Assembly (NCBI RefSeq): GCF_018977255.1
Contig: NW_024704742.1
Coordinates: 118,606,001 to 118,670,000 of the forward strand
DNA length: 64,000 nt
Reading direction: 5' to 3'
DNA from: Callorhinchus milii
Taxonomy: Eukaryota
The notes below the pieces were generated by a model. It was given only the letters and a program-made list of their open reading frames with translations, did not search any database and had not been told where the DNA came from. This document shows positions 1 to 14,700 of this stretch, piece after piece. Both the position numbers and the translations under genes were made by a program. The stretch's first letter is position 1; every line of letters begins with the position of its first letter.

Positions 1-489
1 TTTTCACGTCTTCTAGACGTCTCAAAGTGCTCCCCAAGATATACTGCAAAATGGAGTGACTGTGAATTTTGTGAGCAAATACGGCACACATTTTGCACAC
101 AGTAGTGCTACAAACTGAGCCAGGCTGATACAGAAGATTTCTATGAACAACAATAAACAGGTTTCAAATTTAAAACTACGTTCAGGAATTGGCCAAATGC
201 ATAACAATTTATAATGCCTTATTAATATTATGATGGAACTGTACTCGAATAATGTGCTATTTATTTTTGTGAATATATAATATGCCCTGTTCAGCCTTGA
301 GTTTATTTTGGATTTGGTCAGTTTTTTTGCTAGGAGCCAACTATCAGAATCTTATTGTTATGGTGTCAGCCCCAGAAGATCAGTTTGCATGAAGGAGGCC
401 CTTCAGCCCATTTGATTTCATCCATCCAGAGTACAAACCTTACCATCTTTCCATTATAGACCTAGGCATTCTTTAATGAACTCAGTGTT

Positions 490-783
490 TCTGTGTTCAG
501 TGTCCGCACACTTTCTTGGTAATCCCTCTGCCCCCACACTCTGGAACTCCATCCATCCCATGGTCCCTTCTCCTCGCTTCCTCCCTTACCTCCTTCAAGG
601 CCAGTCTCAAGACCCTTCTCTTCGACTGTGCCTTTGGTTTCCCTCCCACCTCTCTGCCTTCCCTCACCCCTACACCACCCCTCCCCAATGCTCGGGCCCC
701 AACACCTGACTGTTCATGCTTTGGGACGTCCTCCCGACGTGAAAGGCGCTCTATAAATGTAATTTTGTTGTTGTTATTGTTGT
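490..783 (+). mobile_element. L2-clade LINE 3' end fragment
   Basis: [23 protein letters not shown] motif (ORF track), tail GCTTTGGGACGTCCTCC..GTGAAAGGCGCTCTATAAATGTAA followed by (TTG)n. Confidence 0.8.
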
Positions 784-1310
784 AAGAAGTCCCAGATGTT
801 GATTAGTCTCCGTGTAAAAAATATTCTGTGGTGTCTGTCTTAAAATTGGCCTTCACAATCCTGAACCTGTGACCACTTAGTGAACAAATATTTTGCTCCG
901 TGTGATACTATGAAGGCACGTTGTAATATTCAAATATCCTGGGAAAGAGAACATCACAATTTTAATACAGCTCTACTTCTCTTCACTATATTGATTTGTT
1001 ATACATTTGACATTTGTGCCTTCAAAGTTAAAATATGAGAAAATGTTTCAAAGATACAAAGGCTAAACTAGATTTACTAATACTCAAAACTAATGTTAGA
1101 AAATGCACTAATTTGAAATGAAACTCACCAAAAAAAATTCTATTAAAAGTGTCTGTTCAGTTGTGATCTTCGTTTCAGAATCAATACCATCCGACACTAC
1201 TATAAATGTTACTAAGACACTGAATTAGCTTTTGTTCCCCATTTTTCAGTGCTCTTTCTCAGTTAAACTGGAGCACATTTTTAAACCAGTTTAGCCAAAT
1301 GTTTACTTCT

Positions 1311-1406
1311 TTTTAGTAATGCACTTGTGTATTCCAATCCATATAAATTTCTAATATTTCCTTTTAGTAATGCATTTGTTTATTCCAATCCATAGAAACT
1401 TCTAAT
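1311..1406. repeat. Tandem duplication, 45-nt unit with 51-nt period
   Basis: TTTTAGTAATGCACTTGTGTATTCCAATCCATATAAATTTCTAAT at 1311-1355 vs 1362-1406, 4 mismatches. Confidence 0.9.
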
Positions 1407-2424
1407 TGATAACAGATTAGCACAGAAGGAAATTATGCTAAACCTGTTTGTCAAAACCCGAGGCAGTTTAATGTTAATTTGCTAAATGTATTGACTAGAT
1501 AACAATTATCTCCAAACACTGAATATTCAATCGTAAATTTGTCTGTATCCCACTTTCTTGACATACAGTATAGAGGCAAAGTAACAGAAAGGCCTAAAGC
1601 TTTGAATCCAAAAAATGCACTTGCTCAGAACAGAACAGTTATGAATTAAAGACAATATTGGATCTGCATCCAGTTTCTAAGCAGTTGCCCGACCTGTAAA
1701 GTGTGTTTGAGATATACTCCACTTTGCTGCAAATTTCAGAAATATTAACAGAATTTAAATGGCTACCCTTTCATCTATCTTTCAAACCAATTCTGAAAAA
1801 TATTTAAGTTTTAATATAAATTAATCAAGAGCCACAGAAGTATGCAATGTTACAGTTTTTTAATACAGTATAAACAGGTTCTTTTGGCACAAGGGTTTAC
1901 ATGGATTCTAAAATGATAAAATCCACCTTAAGACACACCATAAGAATATTACAGTATTGCAATAAATCAATGACTTCATATTTTGGAAAGACATTTACAT
2001 ATTTAAAAAAAGAATCACTGACAGTTTCTGTAAAAAGGACACTGGGTTGTCAGTTTGGCACAGTTATTGAACAGCCCACCTTCTTGAGATACAGTACAGT
2101 GGCAAAGTAACAGAAAAGCTGAGAGTTTTGACCCAACATACTGCGCTTGCTCAGAACAGAATAGTTTTGAATTACAGACATTATTAGATTGCATCCAATT
2201 ACTAAGCAGAGCCCTGCTTTCTGAGACCATTTAAACCATAATCCTACGGCGTGCATCCTGACCTACAGTGAGTGCAAGCACACACCAGTTCTATGTCGGA
2301 ATAGCAGTTTGGAAGCTGAGAAAACTATGAAACAATAGCCATGTGCTTCGAATTTTAGTTTGCTTATTCTTGTTTAGAGCCAATATGTAGAGAACAGGCT
2401 ACTCCCAATAAATAATTCAGAACT

Positions 2425-2600
2425 TAGCATAGATAGCATAGATGTATTTAAAGGGAATCTAGATAGGTACATGAGGGAGAAAGGAATAGAAAGTTATGCT
2501 GATAGGCTTAGTTGAGGATGGGCAGGAGGAGGCTCATGTGGAGCATAAACACCGGCATAGACCAGTTGGGCCGAATGATCTGTTTCTGTGCTGTATATTC
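2425..2600 (+). mobile_element. CR1-clade LINE 3' end fragment
   Basis: TTTAAAGGGAATCTAGATAGGTACATG...GACCAGTTGGGCCGAATG..CTGTTTCTGTGCTGTA, a typical CR1 terminus. Confidence 0.75.
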
Positions 2601-3714
2601 TAACTTTACAGTAACACGTAATACTAGCCACATTTGGTCATACGATGGAGACAATTTAGGCTGCAGTTCAGAAGCGTTGAAGATAATCTCAGCATTGAAA
2701 ATACTCAGGGCTCTCCTCTCCTGCCCAACAAAAATAAAAATGTCGACACAGATTCTCCAGTAAATGAATCACTGAATGTTTGTGGATCTACAAAAGCACA
2801 GTTTAATCTGTGTAATACTCTCACCATTTTGGTTGGTGATTTTTTGGGGAAAAAAGAAATCTGTAACTTATTAATTCACAACAGACAAAGTAGCAATGCT
2901 TTCAATTTGTCAGCAACTTCAGCCAGAATTGAGTAAAATACATTTCTGTTCTGAATTAATACAGTACATCAAAAGACTGGTTATTTTATCTGCATCTAAA
3001 TTAAAAACACAATCATTGTCATTTACATCTCAAAAAGTCACTGAATTCTCAATTACCTTGTCTTGAAAACAGATTGAATTCCTCTTGTGCTGATTTATCA
3101 AGCAATATAATGTATTCACAAAGAATGGAACATGGATCTGCAGTCTTCTTTTCCTATATCAAAGAACATTCAGCTTGCTACACAATCCAGTTCAGTCAAT
3201 CTAGAACCAAGTTATAATACAGCTTCAGCTTTGGGTCAAGGCTCTATTACACTTCCTCAGCCCAGTGTAACAATAATAAACTGTAAAAAAAAGAAAAAAA
3301 CAGTCCATATATTATAAATCTGACCCCAATATTGAATGAATGAGCTATGACGCAGACATCCAAAGATGGTTTATCAGGGCAAGATTATTACCCAGTTGTC
3401 CCAATCTACATGTAACAGGTTGTGCATAAAGCATTTTTTTCCAATTCTGTTTGCTGATCTGGGTACCAAGGATCCTGTTAGTTTGCAAACCAAACAATGA
3501 CATTGCTTGTAAATGGATGAGGAAATTTTTTTATGAATGAGTTATCCCAAGCATTTCATGAAGCTTTTGCAGGGCTCTTTGAATTAAAAGAAACAAGATG
3601 TTGGTGTTCGTCTTGTCTATTCTTTAGTCTTGCTGAAGAGGAGCAGATTGCCGTATTCGGTTTTGTTTGAGGTCACTCCACATGTAGTCATAAACGAAAC
3701 TTTAGTACCAAATA

Positions 3715-5534
3715 TTCAGCTCTGCTCTGACCACTTTATTGAGTGGTATTGAACTAATACTGGGACTGAGCAAAAAGTTAGTTCTCAAAAATTATTCTTT
3801 TCCTTACTGCATTGAGAAGCTGTCTGTACAGTTGTTCTTGAAACTCTCTTAAATATTCCTTTGTTAACTGAGTCATGAGATGTAGCTTTGTCAGCAGGCT
3901 TAATTGGGTCTTACACAGACTATTATTCTAGCAGCAAATTCATATTGTGAAGATAAAACCTTTTCTTCTTCTCAGCAATTTGGCTTCACATGACGCTGTT
4001 CTTTGTACCTGAAGCAACAGAGAATCGTCACCTGCGGCCTGCTTCATGCTTCTTTTCATTTTGTGTGTGTAAGATGCAAGGGCCGGTACAGACTGCCCAC
4101 ACACAGGTATCTCCAAAGCACACCATGCCAAAACAGTTTAAACTAGTCTGCTGATTATTGCAACATTAACCAACACTTCCAGTAGTTTAACAGATCAAAG
4201 TAAAAAGTCGGGTACATATTCTTAGAGAGCTTGATAAGTATTTAAAATGTGTAGCAATCGAAGATCATTGCATCATTTTGGATTTACAGGTGGTCTGTAA
4301 ACCACTTTCCACATGCTCTAAACCTAGGACAGTAAATAGGTTTCTCAGTGCGCAGTCTCCTCTTTTTATATCCTGGTTCCATGCTTTTTTAAAAAAAACA
4401 TTGTCTGAAATCTCCAACGGGTAAACATTCATAGATCTTTACAGCACCTATTCTGAAACAGCGTTCCACTTTCAAAAATGCGACTTATTCTCGATATACA
4501 AGAGCTCCATAAATCCGTGACCAAAACGCACAACTCCATTACATGGCGAGTGCAACCCATTGACCACCAGCTAGGCTTGCTCCTAAAAATCTCTTAAGTG
4601 CACAATAAAAATCAAACTCTCATTAAAACACATTTCAATAAATTATACATTTTTGATTATTGCTGCATGGTACACATCTTAAAAACTGCCCAATATTTAT
4701 TTTTTGGATTTTCATTAATTTAGAATACATATATAGGTGAGTGCTTATGAACACTGCTTTGGAAAACCACTATATGCACATTTGGTAAGTAACAATATAA
4801 CAGTTTATATTAACTTACATTTTTCTTAAATATAAAGAGACATCATCCCTTTTTTCAACCTGCACAGAACATACTTCAGAATCAAACTATACACTACACC
4901 CAAATAAACACTTTGTCGCCTTTAAATAGCCTTTTTTTAAAGAACCATTTTGCGTTCTTAATAAACTGAAAAATCATTCTTATAAAGAAATTTCTTTGGA
5001 GCCCATAAATTAATGTGTCAATCAGTGCATCATTTCTCACTCTTACAATCTGACAGCAAAAATGAATGAAAATTGGTTAAAATGCAAACCGCGTGTAAAT
5101 GTTACTTTTAACAGCCTCTACATAACTGCATAGAGAAAGAGATACTGTCTCTTTGACCCAGTAAAATCCATTGTTTGCAATTAAAAGACTCTTCAATATT
5201 GATAAATTTCTTCAGGTTGCTTAAAGTACCATTTGAAATATCCTCTTGGAACAATTTGAAAACTAAATATACAAAATCCTTGATGATTAGAGTAAATCGA
5301 GTGGAAGAAACATTACGGGGAAATATTAATTTACAATTAGGCTTTGTGCAGTTGCTTCTCCTTACGTAATGGACAAAAAACACTAAAGAGCGCAGAACAT
5401 ATCTTATGGTGATATGGAATGCTACAGGGAGCCTAGGGTGTTCCAACACCTTCCAGTAAGAAGAAAGGAAGATTTCAATCTGGCCTCTATATGTACTGTA
5501 TCTGGGTGAAGATGCTGATACAAAGGTTCACGTT
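3715..5534 (-). other. HOMER1: HOMER1 long-isoform 3' UTR (minimum estimate; may extend further toward ~800)
   Basis: Repeat-free AU-rich sequence after the stop. AATAAA on the minus strand at 4696-4701 and 3735-3740. Confidence 0.55.
3735..3740 (-). terminator. Candidate polyadenylation signal AATAAA
   Basis: Plus-strand TTTATT; followed on the minus strand by a GU/U-rich tract (gtttcgtttatg) about 35-45 nt downstream. Confidence 0.4.
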
Positions 5535-5723
5535 TTAGCTGCCTTCTATTAACTTTGCTAAGTTGTCTCGCAATTCCGTTAGTTCAAAGATTTTCCCATC
5601 TAAAATTTCCAGAAGTGTTTTTAAATTATTGCGGAAGACGCCCTGCTCATTCTGACTCTTCTCCAGCCGCTGCTCCAGGTCTGACAGCTGCTCCACCAGG
5701 TCTCGGTTATGTATCTCCACTTC
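5535..5723 (-). CDS. HOMER1: HOMER1 exon 9 coding part (EVEIHNRDL...LAKLIEGS*), C-terminal leucine zipper, 189 nt
   Basis: ttgcag|GAA GTG GAG ... AGC TAA; ORF track 5535..5732. Confidence 0.97.
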   Translation of the reverse strand, partial: EVEIHNRDLVEQLSDLEQRLEKSQNEQGVFRNNLKTLLEILDGKIFELTELRDNLAKLIEGS

Positions 5724-8700
5724 CTGCAACACAAGAAAAGGGGGTTAAAGGAAGAGTTTAATTCAGTCATTGCAAGAAAGATCCAGATTTTGGAGGAATA
5801 AACTAAGTGTAAAAATACAGACAATTAAATAATAGTAATAATAATAATCCTTGCATTTGATATAGCACCTTATTACATCATTGAGATGTCTCAATGCGCT
5901 TCACATGATATACTATGAAATGGATTGACTGTATATTTTGTGGGCAAAATGTAACAGCCAGTTGCGCATAACAATGTCGCACAAAGAGCCATAGAGAAGG
6001 CAAAGTAATTGTTGCCCCCAAATAAAAAATAAACATAATAACAAAAGAGAAGAATCTCAGCTGGTGCTGAAGAGGGAAGATATATTGGGCATCACAGGGT
6101 TAGGGAGGGGAAAACTAGGAAAGGTTCCTGCTCCTGGTCCGTCTTCAGCATCCTCTACTGCTTGTGCGTGTGTGACAGCTGAATAGGGAGAGGTCAGACT
6201 GGGCTGTGATGCCCTCTAATGCCAACACTCACTGCCAAGGCTCACAGATGAACAATGTTCATTTGGACAGGGTAGCGGAGATCAACCAGCTCTTGTGGAC
6301 CCACAACCCAGCAAGAGGAGGCCAGACCAGGAGCAGAGACATATGCCAGTAGGAAGAAGATTAGAAAAATAATTAGACACACTAAATTTTCAGAAAAAGA
6401 AGAAATGGAAGAAGCTGAAGAATTACAAGATGGAGGTTAAATTGTATTTCGTTTCCTCAGAACTCTGTGATTAATTACCACTTCTCATTAGTATAGGTTA
6501 GAGTCCTCACTGCTACAGTATGTACAAATAGGGAAATTAATATACAATACTGGCTCCAAGGTGATATGTTTCACAACAGAATGTCAGAATTAACCCTCCG
6601 TGGTAATCTAGGTAGTTCAGTTCCTGAGCCAGGTGAGACCACAGTATTCCAGGGCAGTGTTGATGACAGATTAGCCAGCCTGGCTCATTGGCAGGTCTTG
6701 GAAGGGCTGTAAGGTTCACCAGAAAGAGACTTTACCCAATACAGGTGGTGTGGATTACAAATCATTTAATATCATACACAATTTAAAAGTTAATGCTTTA
6801 ACACGTACAATTCATATATCGTTAAGTTACATTAAAGCAGTAAGATTCAACAAAAACTATATTACCCGATTCCATTGAGGAAGTCACTGACCACCAGCTG
6901 TCTCACAACTGTTCCTCCTACGATAATTCCAACTATTTTAAAGTTACATAATTTATGTGTTTCTAACTGCAGCCCCACCCTTGTCATAGAGCATGGGAAA
7001 ATAACTGATAAGGAGAAAGAGATATGGACAGCTAATTGGGAGAATTCCCGTTGCTTAGTGTTGAGCGGATCAGATGTCCAGGAGTGTGCTTCTCTCTCTC
7101 TGAACCCCACTGGTTTCACATCTGTGCTCAAGGACATGATTTCTTAATTCCTAGATTGGAGGATGACATAGGACCTAAGCACCGAGTGAGGGAAAGTTAT
7201 CAGAACCTGACTTCAGCCAAGGTCAAGCCAATATATCTTTACCTTTGCTAATGCTAATAGCCACATGTACCCTCTCAGGGGCTCTCAGTTAGTCATTAAA
7301 AACACACAGCCTTGTCTGATAGCTTAGCCCTAATAGCTAAGGAATGCTATACTAAACAGATTATAAGTGTTTGGTTATATTTTAAAGTATACTAATTAAA
7401 AATCTTAAAAACAGTAATCATCATAAATATAATCTTACAGGACAGACCAGTCACTTTATATGTGAGATGCATGAAAATCTCAGTTTGGTTTGGATACTCT
7501 TAAGCATGGTGATGGGTTTCCACATGTGCCAGACACACAGCTGACCAAAACAAATTCAAGAATAAACTTATAGGTATAGAAAATAGATGATGGATCCAAT
7601 CATTCCCAAACTATATTATAAAACCCTTCTTTGGGATCAAAACTGTTTGAGTCCATAGATCAGTTACACGTTTAGTCTTCTATATATTCTTGATATATAT
7701 GTATATATATATATACACACATCATATATATATAATGGTTTCCCAGAAATGTTTCCCCTCCTCCATTCAGTACCTTGGCACGATTCCCAGCAGTTCTGTT
7801 TTCATTTCAGAGACTAATGACCCTACCAAAGCCAGAACTGAAACCAAGGACTGTATAGGTCAGTACTGTGATATATCCAAGCCTTAATAGTCACAGGCAC
7901 TGAGAAAAGCCCTCCTGCAAAGATGAATTTTGAGAATGTTGTTACTGATGAGAGATTTCCCAGAATAAAATCTAGTTCTGTACAAACTAGGAGCTTAAGT
8001 TCAAACTACCACTATAACAACAACTACAAATATAGCGCCCTACACACGGGATAGCGTCCCAGAGCGCTTCGCCTTCCTCCCTCCCTTAACTCTGAATGAG
8101 GCAAAATAAAGTACTGCACCTAAAAGCAAACTGATATTGTGAGAAACTTTGAAGCATGAAATCAAATACACATGTTGCTGCTCTGAACAATGAAAGATGT
8201 GGATATGGAGACCCAATGTGTGTCTGCTCACTGTCACAGATACATAAATCCAGAGGATCGTCATAGATGCTTCACTCCGGTCTAGTGCTGCTTTTTTTCC
8301 TCAGTATAATACATTGGGATCAAATGGGAGGTATTTACAACAGGATTGTGTCTCTATTATCTACACTATTTACTATTCAGCGTAACAAATGAAGTGAATC
8401 CTGTTGTAAACCAGCATGTTTTCAACCCCAATCTAGTTATGTCATATTTTGCCCCAGAAGGTTGAAAGACAAGGAGTAGAGAAAGGAGCAACGAGGGTGA
8501 GAAATGGAGAAAGTTCGAAAATAGATTGAAAATTTGCTGATTTAGAGGAAAGAAAGGTTTGTGGAGCTGAATTATATTGGAAGGAAGTGGCCACTGTGCA
8601 TAGATTATATGAACAACTTGGAAGTGGGGACAGAAACAAAGTATTTGTTGATAAAACCAGCCAACAAACTTTCTAGCAAAGGGAATAAGTAGACAGAAGA

Positions 8701-11700
8701 AAATGCACGTTGTTTTAACAATGATCAATGTTAAGTGATTAGTCTAGGGTGGAGGGATGACACTTTTACATAAATCCTTGATTTCCAGAGGCCACTAGAA
8801 GCAAATGATGTTCTGCACATGCATTGCCTAAGTACTGTACTGCAATCATGTCCAGGCATCTGCACAAACCTCCATTAACCACTAGTGAATTCCAACACCA
8901 AATGGCAGTAGAGGAGGCCGGGGAATGTCCCCAAAAATCAGGTGCCTTTGTTCCCAACTTTTTCCGCGATTGTACTATTGTGATTTGATGAGGTGGGAAT
9001 ACAAAATATTTCTAATAGCAGATCATGCATGTATGATAATCCTGCTTTTATTGTGATCAAGATATGCAGAACATTCAGGGGCCTGCTCACTTTCCAACTC
9101 CACAACTTTTCATTATGGGATCAAACGTCCTATATGGTGTAGTAAAGGTAGGTCCAACTTGGGTCTTGTGAGAATCAGAAGACAGGAAGACTACACATTT
9201 TACAATATAAATTGCCTCCATTATATTAAGAATGGTGAATATACGTTTTATTTTACTGAGTGAAGCAATGGGTTCATAGTGTCAACAGTTTCAAGAGGAA
9301 ATTAGATAGGCTTATGAATGGTAGGCAAACTGCAGGGTATATGATTTGGTGAGTGACAGAATTTAGAAGGATAGGTAGTACTGGTCTCTTCCTTCCTTGC
9401 ACTTCTTACACTCAATTAGAAAAAAGATAATCATAGAATCATAGATTTGTACAGCACAGAAAAGGGGCCATTCGACCTATCGTGTCTGTTCCGGTTCTTT
9501 GAAAAGACCAATTCAATCCCACTACCCCGCTCTCTCCCCATAGCCCTGCAAACTTGTCCTCCCCAAATAATTATCTACTTCTCTCTTAAAAGTTGTTATC
9601 GAATCGGCTTCCATTACCCTTTCGGGCAATGCATTCCAGATCCAAACAACTAGCTGTGTGAAAAATTTTCTCCTCACCTCCCTTCTATTTTAAATCAGTG
9701 TCCTTGGGTTTACAACCCATCCACCAGTGGAAATAGTTTCTCCTTGTTCACCCTATCAAATCCTCTCATAATTTTGAAAACTTCTATTAAGTCTCCTCTT
9801 AATCTTCTGTGGTCCAAGGAGAATAATCCTAGCTTCTCTAGCCTCTCCTGATAACTGAAGTCCCTCATTCCTGGTACCATTGTGGTAAATCTCCTTTGCA
9901 CCCTCTTCAATGCCTTGACATCCCTCCCACTCCTCACTACCACTATAACCCGCAAGAAACCGACCACCTGCTCCTGGACCCCCATCCCTACCCCTCTCCT
10001 TATGTCCCAGCTCCACCTCCTTGCTCCTCTACTCACAGACATCATAAACCTCTCCCTGTCCACTGGTACTGTTCCCAACCCATTAAAAATGGCCATCATC
10101 ACGCCTATCCTTAAAAAACCCTCCCTGGATGAAAGCTAACTTTCTTCAGTTGGACCCTCCTGATTGGCTGAGGATCATCCAGAACACTGCAGCCTGTGTC
10201 ATCTTCCACACCAGGCTCCGTATCACCCCCATCCTTGCCTCCACTGGCTTCCCATCAAACAGAGGATACAGTTCGAGATCCTGGACCTCACCTTCAAAGC
10301 CCTCCATTGCCTTGCTTCCCCCTACCTCTGTAACCTCCTAACTTCTACCATCCTGCCACTCCCTCCGCTCAGTGGGCTCTGGCCTACTTTACGTCCCCCG
10401 CCTTGCCCACCACATCATTGGCGGGTGGGCCTACTGCCACTCTGTCCCCACCATTTGGAACTCCATCCCGCAGTCCTTCTACCTTGCCCCCTCCCTTGCC
10501 TCCTCCAAGATCCATCTCAAGACCCTCCGCTTCGACCATGCTTTCGATCACCCTGCTTCCCCCCTGTCCTCCACCCTCCCCAATCCCAACCCCCAGCTCT
10601 GGTCCGAAACACTGACAACTGGTGGACACCACTGCACACTTTCCTCCAGTCAGAAAAATAATCGTTCACCACCACTCTGCTTTCTGTCTCCCAGCCAGTT
10701 CTGTATCCCTGTTGCCACTGTCCCTTTAATACCGTGGGCTTCTATTTTGCTTACAAGTCTCTTATGTGGCACTTTATCAAACGCCTTTTGAAAATCCATA
10801 TAAATTACATCAACTGCACTACCTTCATCCACCCTCTCCGTTACTTCATCCAAAAACTCTTATCAGGTTTGTTAGACATGTTTTGCCTTTAACAAATCCG
10901 TGTTGGCTGTCCTTTATTAATCCATTTTTCTAAGTGAAAATTTATTTTTTCCCGGATTATAGAATCTAGAAATTTCCCCATTACTGATGTTAGTCTGACT
11001 GGCCTGTAGTTCGCGAGTTTATCCTTCTGCCTCTTTTTGTACAGGGGAGTAACATTTGCAACCCTCCAGTCTCCGGTGTCCAATGAGGTTGAAAGATTGT
11101 GGCCAGAGCCTCCATTATTTCCACCCTTACTTCCCTCAGTAATGGCACACATAGCCCACAATGTCCAACACACTACTCTATAATATTTGCATTAACATTC
11201 CTAAGAGAAATGAACCATTGCAAAAACGTTTATGTAAGAATTTCAGCTACAAAATACAGTAACTATACTTTACAGTAAAATACTGTGAAGCGCTTTGCGA
11301 CATCCTAGCGACATGAAAGGCACTATATCAAATGCAAGAATTATTATTATTAATAATTAGTAGTATTTCTCTTTGCCTCAGAAAAACAACTGAATAAAGA
11401 CTCCAGTGCTTCTTTCTAATGTCACAACATACATTATTCAACCCTGACCACTATAATAATATTTCTTGCAATTGATATAGTACCTTATCATGTCTTTGAG
11501 ACGACTCAAAGCACTTCACAGAATATACTGTAAAGTGAATTGACTGTATATTTTGAGGGCGAAACGCGGCACAAACAGTCATGGATCGAGTGACCGCATT
11601 ATTTATTTATTTTGAAGGGATTAATTCACTCAGAAAGCGATCTGCCAATCGACTAACAAAGGTTCCTAATTACTGCTCGGTAAGCAGAGGCATGTGGAGT

Positions 11701-14700
11701 AAAGAAACTTGCCTAAGGTTTCGAATATAGAGAAAACTATACTGATAACGACAGTTAATAGTAACATTCTTTTAAATAAGTGGTATCTGTTCAGGTTCCA
11801 GTCACAATCACTTCAATGAAGCATTTTATGCTATATTTATTTAACACCCCAAGGGCTGCTGCTCCCTAGAATTACTCTGGGTTGCAAAGCAGATAGTGAC
11901 AACATGGAAAAATGGTTGTTCAATGGTTTATATGTTTTCTCTCACAAGCTTTCTACATGTGGTCGTTCCTGGATTTCTAAATCTACAGTGTTTGTACTCC
12001 ACATGAATCTCCACCCGATCCTTATACCCTCCTCCTCCCCTCTTTCTCACGTGATACACCAGTTAACAGGAACATTCCCTCAGGGAAAGGGAAATACCGG
12101 AAAACACAAACTGCCCTTTTTTTAAAAAAAATCACCTTGGGACAGATAAACTGATGCACAATCTACCTGATTAGGTGTATGATAATAATCTTTTCAATTG
12201 ATATGGGATGAACTGACACTTCAAATAAACCATAGGGAAAAATTTACCCCTGAATTTTTATCAGACCCAACAATGTGCCACTGATGTAACCAATCCTATG
12301 AGTGCTCAGTTGCCAAGGTCTTCAGCTCCCTCATCATCCAGCCCAAATCTAGTATTAAACACTTCACCAGAAGACATTACTGAGAAGCTATATATCCTGA
12401 TGTTAAAACTGAAATTGCCTAATGAGCTTCCTAACTACAGCTAAACTGGTCATTTACTTCATTGCTGTTTGTAAGTTCTTGATGAAATACTTTGTTTTCT
12501 TTGCCGGGTATATGTAGAAACCCATCACCATGCTTAACAGTATCCAAACCAAACAGTGTTCTATGTATGTATGCAACATACACATGGAAATTTCTGTGTT
12601 CGGCATGGTTTGTGCACTCTCTCCCTGGAAGGATGCACTCTGCTTATTTAATTTTGGTATTAAGATACAGATTGGTGAGAGCCAAGGCTTGGGGAACTCA
12701 GGGTCTCAATTGGTGTCTGAAACTCACTTTCCTCTCTCCTTAGATGCTGCCTGACCTGCTGAGTTTTCCCAGAGACTTCTGTTTTTATTTCTGCATCGGG
12801 ATACTGCTACAGTGTAACCAGCTTAAACCGTATAGCTTGTCCAGCTTGGGGGCCCCTGTTAAGGTTTTGGCTTGCAGGGTTAACATAAGCCGAGTGGAAA
12901 GAATGCCTAGCTCCAGTGTCCTCATTTCGAGACTTGTCTCTACATTATTGATACCATATCAAATAAAAGCCCATCCTAAAATAAAGTATTTCTGTAACTT
13001 TCTCAACAGAGAATGGGGTAAAATACCACAACATTGCAATAGTTGGAGGAAGCAACTATTGTAGCTGACTGCCTGAATACCCTTTTCTAATTCACACCAA
13101 CGTATGTGAAACATGCAGATATCAAAAATATCTTCTTTAGCGTTACCACTGAGATCCCCTCTTACCCATCCCCCTGTTCCAAACTAAATAACTCAGCTTT
13201 TTGTACTTTTCTAATCACTCTCTCAAATACAAAACTAAATAAAAATGTTTCAGTACGAGTCTAAATCCTACTGACTGTGAGAATATGATCTTAATGTGCC
13301 TTTTGTTAATAAATGTAGAGATCACTAATTGTGTACTTTCAATGTCCATGCAGTTATCACATCCTTCAGTACAGCACTACCTCTCTGATAAGCACCGCAA
13401 CATTTACAGAGCAATCTTGTTGTTAAGCACGTCACTATAGAGCACAGTTCCACTAACACAGGCACACTGTGCACCCACTGCTTACTAAAAGTGTGATACA
13501 CTTCTGACACTGACTGGCATCCTGCACTAACAATAGCGACTTCCACATGGTCGGGTCACCACCGTCACTTACTGCTCGCTACGTAAGCACTGCTATTCTC
13601 ACTCCTGTGACAATGCACAGAGGCTCTGCAGACCAACACCTGCATACAGTGCTCATGAGTAGCACGCAGGATAGATGTCAGCAGCGCTTTCTGCATATTC
13701 ACAGCAAGTGATGTCAGTGGCGCTTCCCGTGTATATGCTATAGGAAGGGACGTTGGCTGCAACCTGATCACCTGGAAGTTGTCCATCTTATCTTATTAAT
13801 TGAGCAATAACATTGCAAGTTTATTCAGCTATCTACACACTTGTGCAATGCGTTCACTGAAGTCATGAACCCCGAAACTCTGCATGTGCTGCTTTGCACG
13901 CTCATTTATAAGATGGTCGAAACTGGCTTTTATAATGGGATACAGAGAGAACAATTTCTGAATGGCACCTACATTCATTTTAGAAATGTGAATAGAGAAA
14001 GGTAGTCCTAATACAGTCTCAACAATTTTTAGTGTTGGGATTATTAAGTAGGTATCGACAGTTCTTAAAACTTTAAGGTAAGTGCTGAAGTACTCAATTC
14101 ATGGTAAGTGACCAATTAATTAATATAAGATTTACCAGAAATTTGCCCATAAAATAAACAGTCACTCACTTTACAGTGTACTTTGTGAAGCGTTTGAGAC
14201 ATCTTGACTATATCAAATGTAAGGATTGTTGTTTGACCAGAAATTTGTACTTTATTGTATTTGAAGTTTGATAGGATAGAAATTGTTGATCAGATTACTT
14301 TATGTAGTGTTGGTGCATTAATTAGATTTTTATATTCAAAGGTAAATGCAATTTATCCCAATATATCCCAAATGGAGTCCTGCAGCTCAGTGGTTAGAGC
14401 ACTCGCCTCGCCTTCTATTCCCGAACAGGGCGAAATGTTGGACACGTTTCGTTATTCCACACGACTCTGTTTACCTAGCAGTAAGTAGGAACCCGGTTGT
14501 TAGTCGATTGGTGGATTCCTTTTCCGGGGATAATAATCCTTAAAAAAAATAATTTGATCACTTCAATCCACGACTGTTTGTGGGACACTGCTGTGCTCAA
14601 TTGGCTGCCACGTTTCTCCCACAAATATTACAGTCAATTCACTTTACGATATATTCTGTGAAGGGCTTTGAGACGTCTAAAAGTTGTGAAAAGCGCTATA

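Noticed and set aside
1-5000. Exons of a neighbouring gene (JMY lies on this side in mammals)
   Set aside because: No recognisable coding exon on either strand
5108-5449. 113-aa minus-strand ORF just after the HOMER1 stop
   Set aside because: Non-ATG start, no recognisable protein features, lies in the AU-rich 3' UTR
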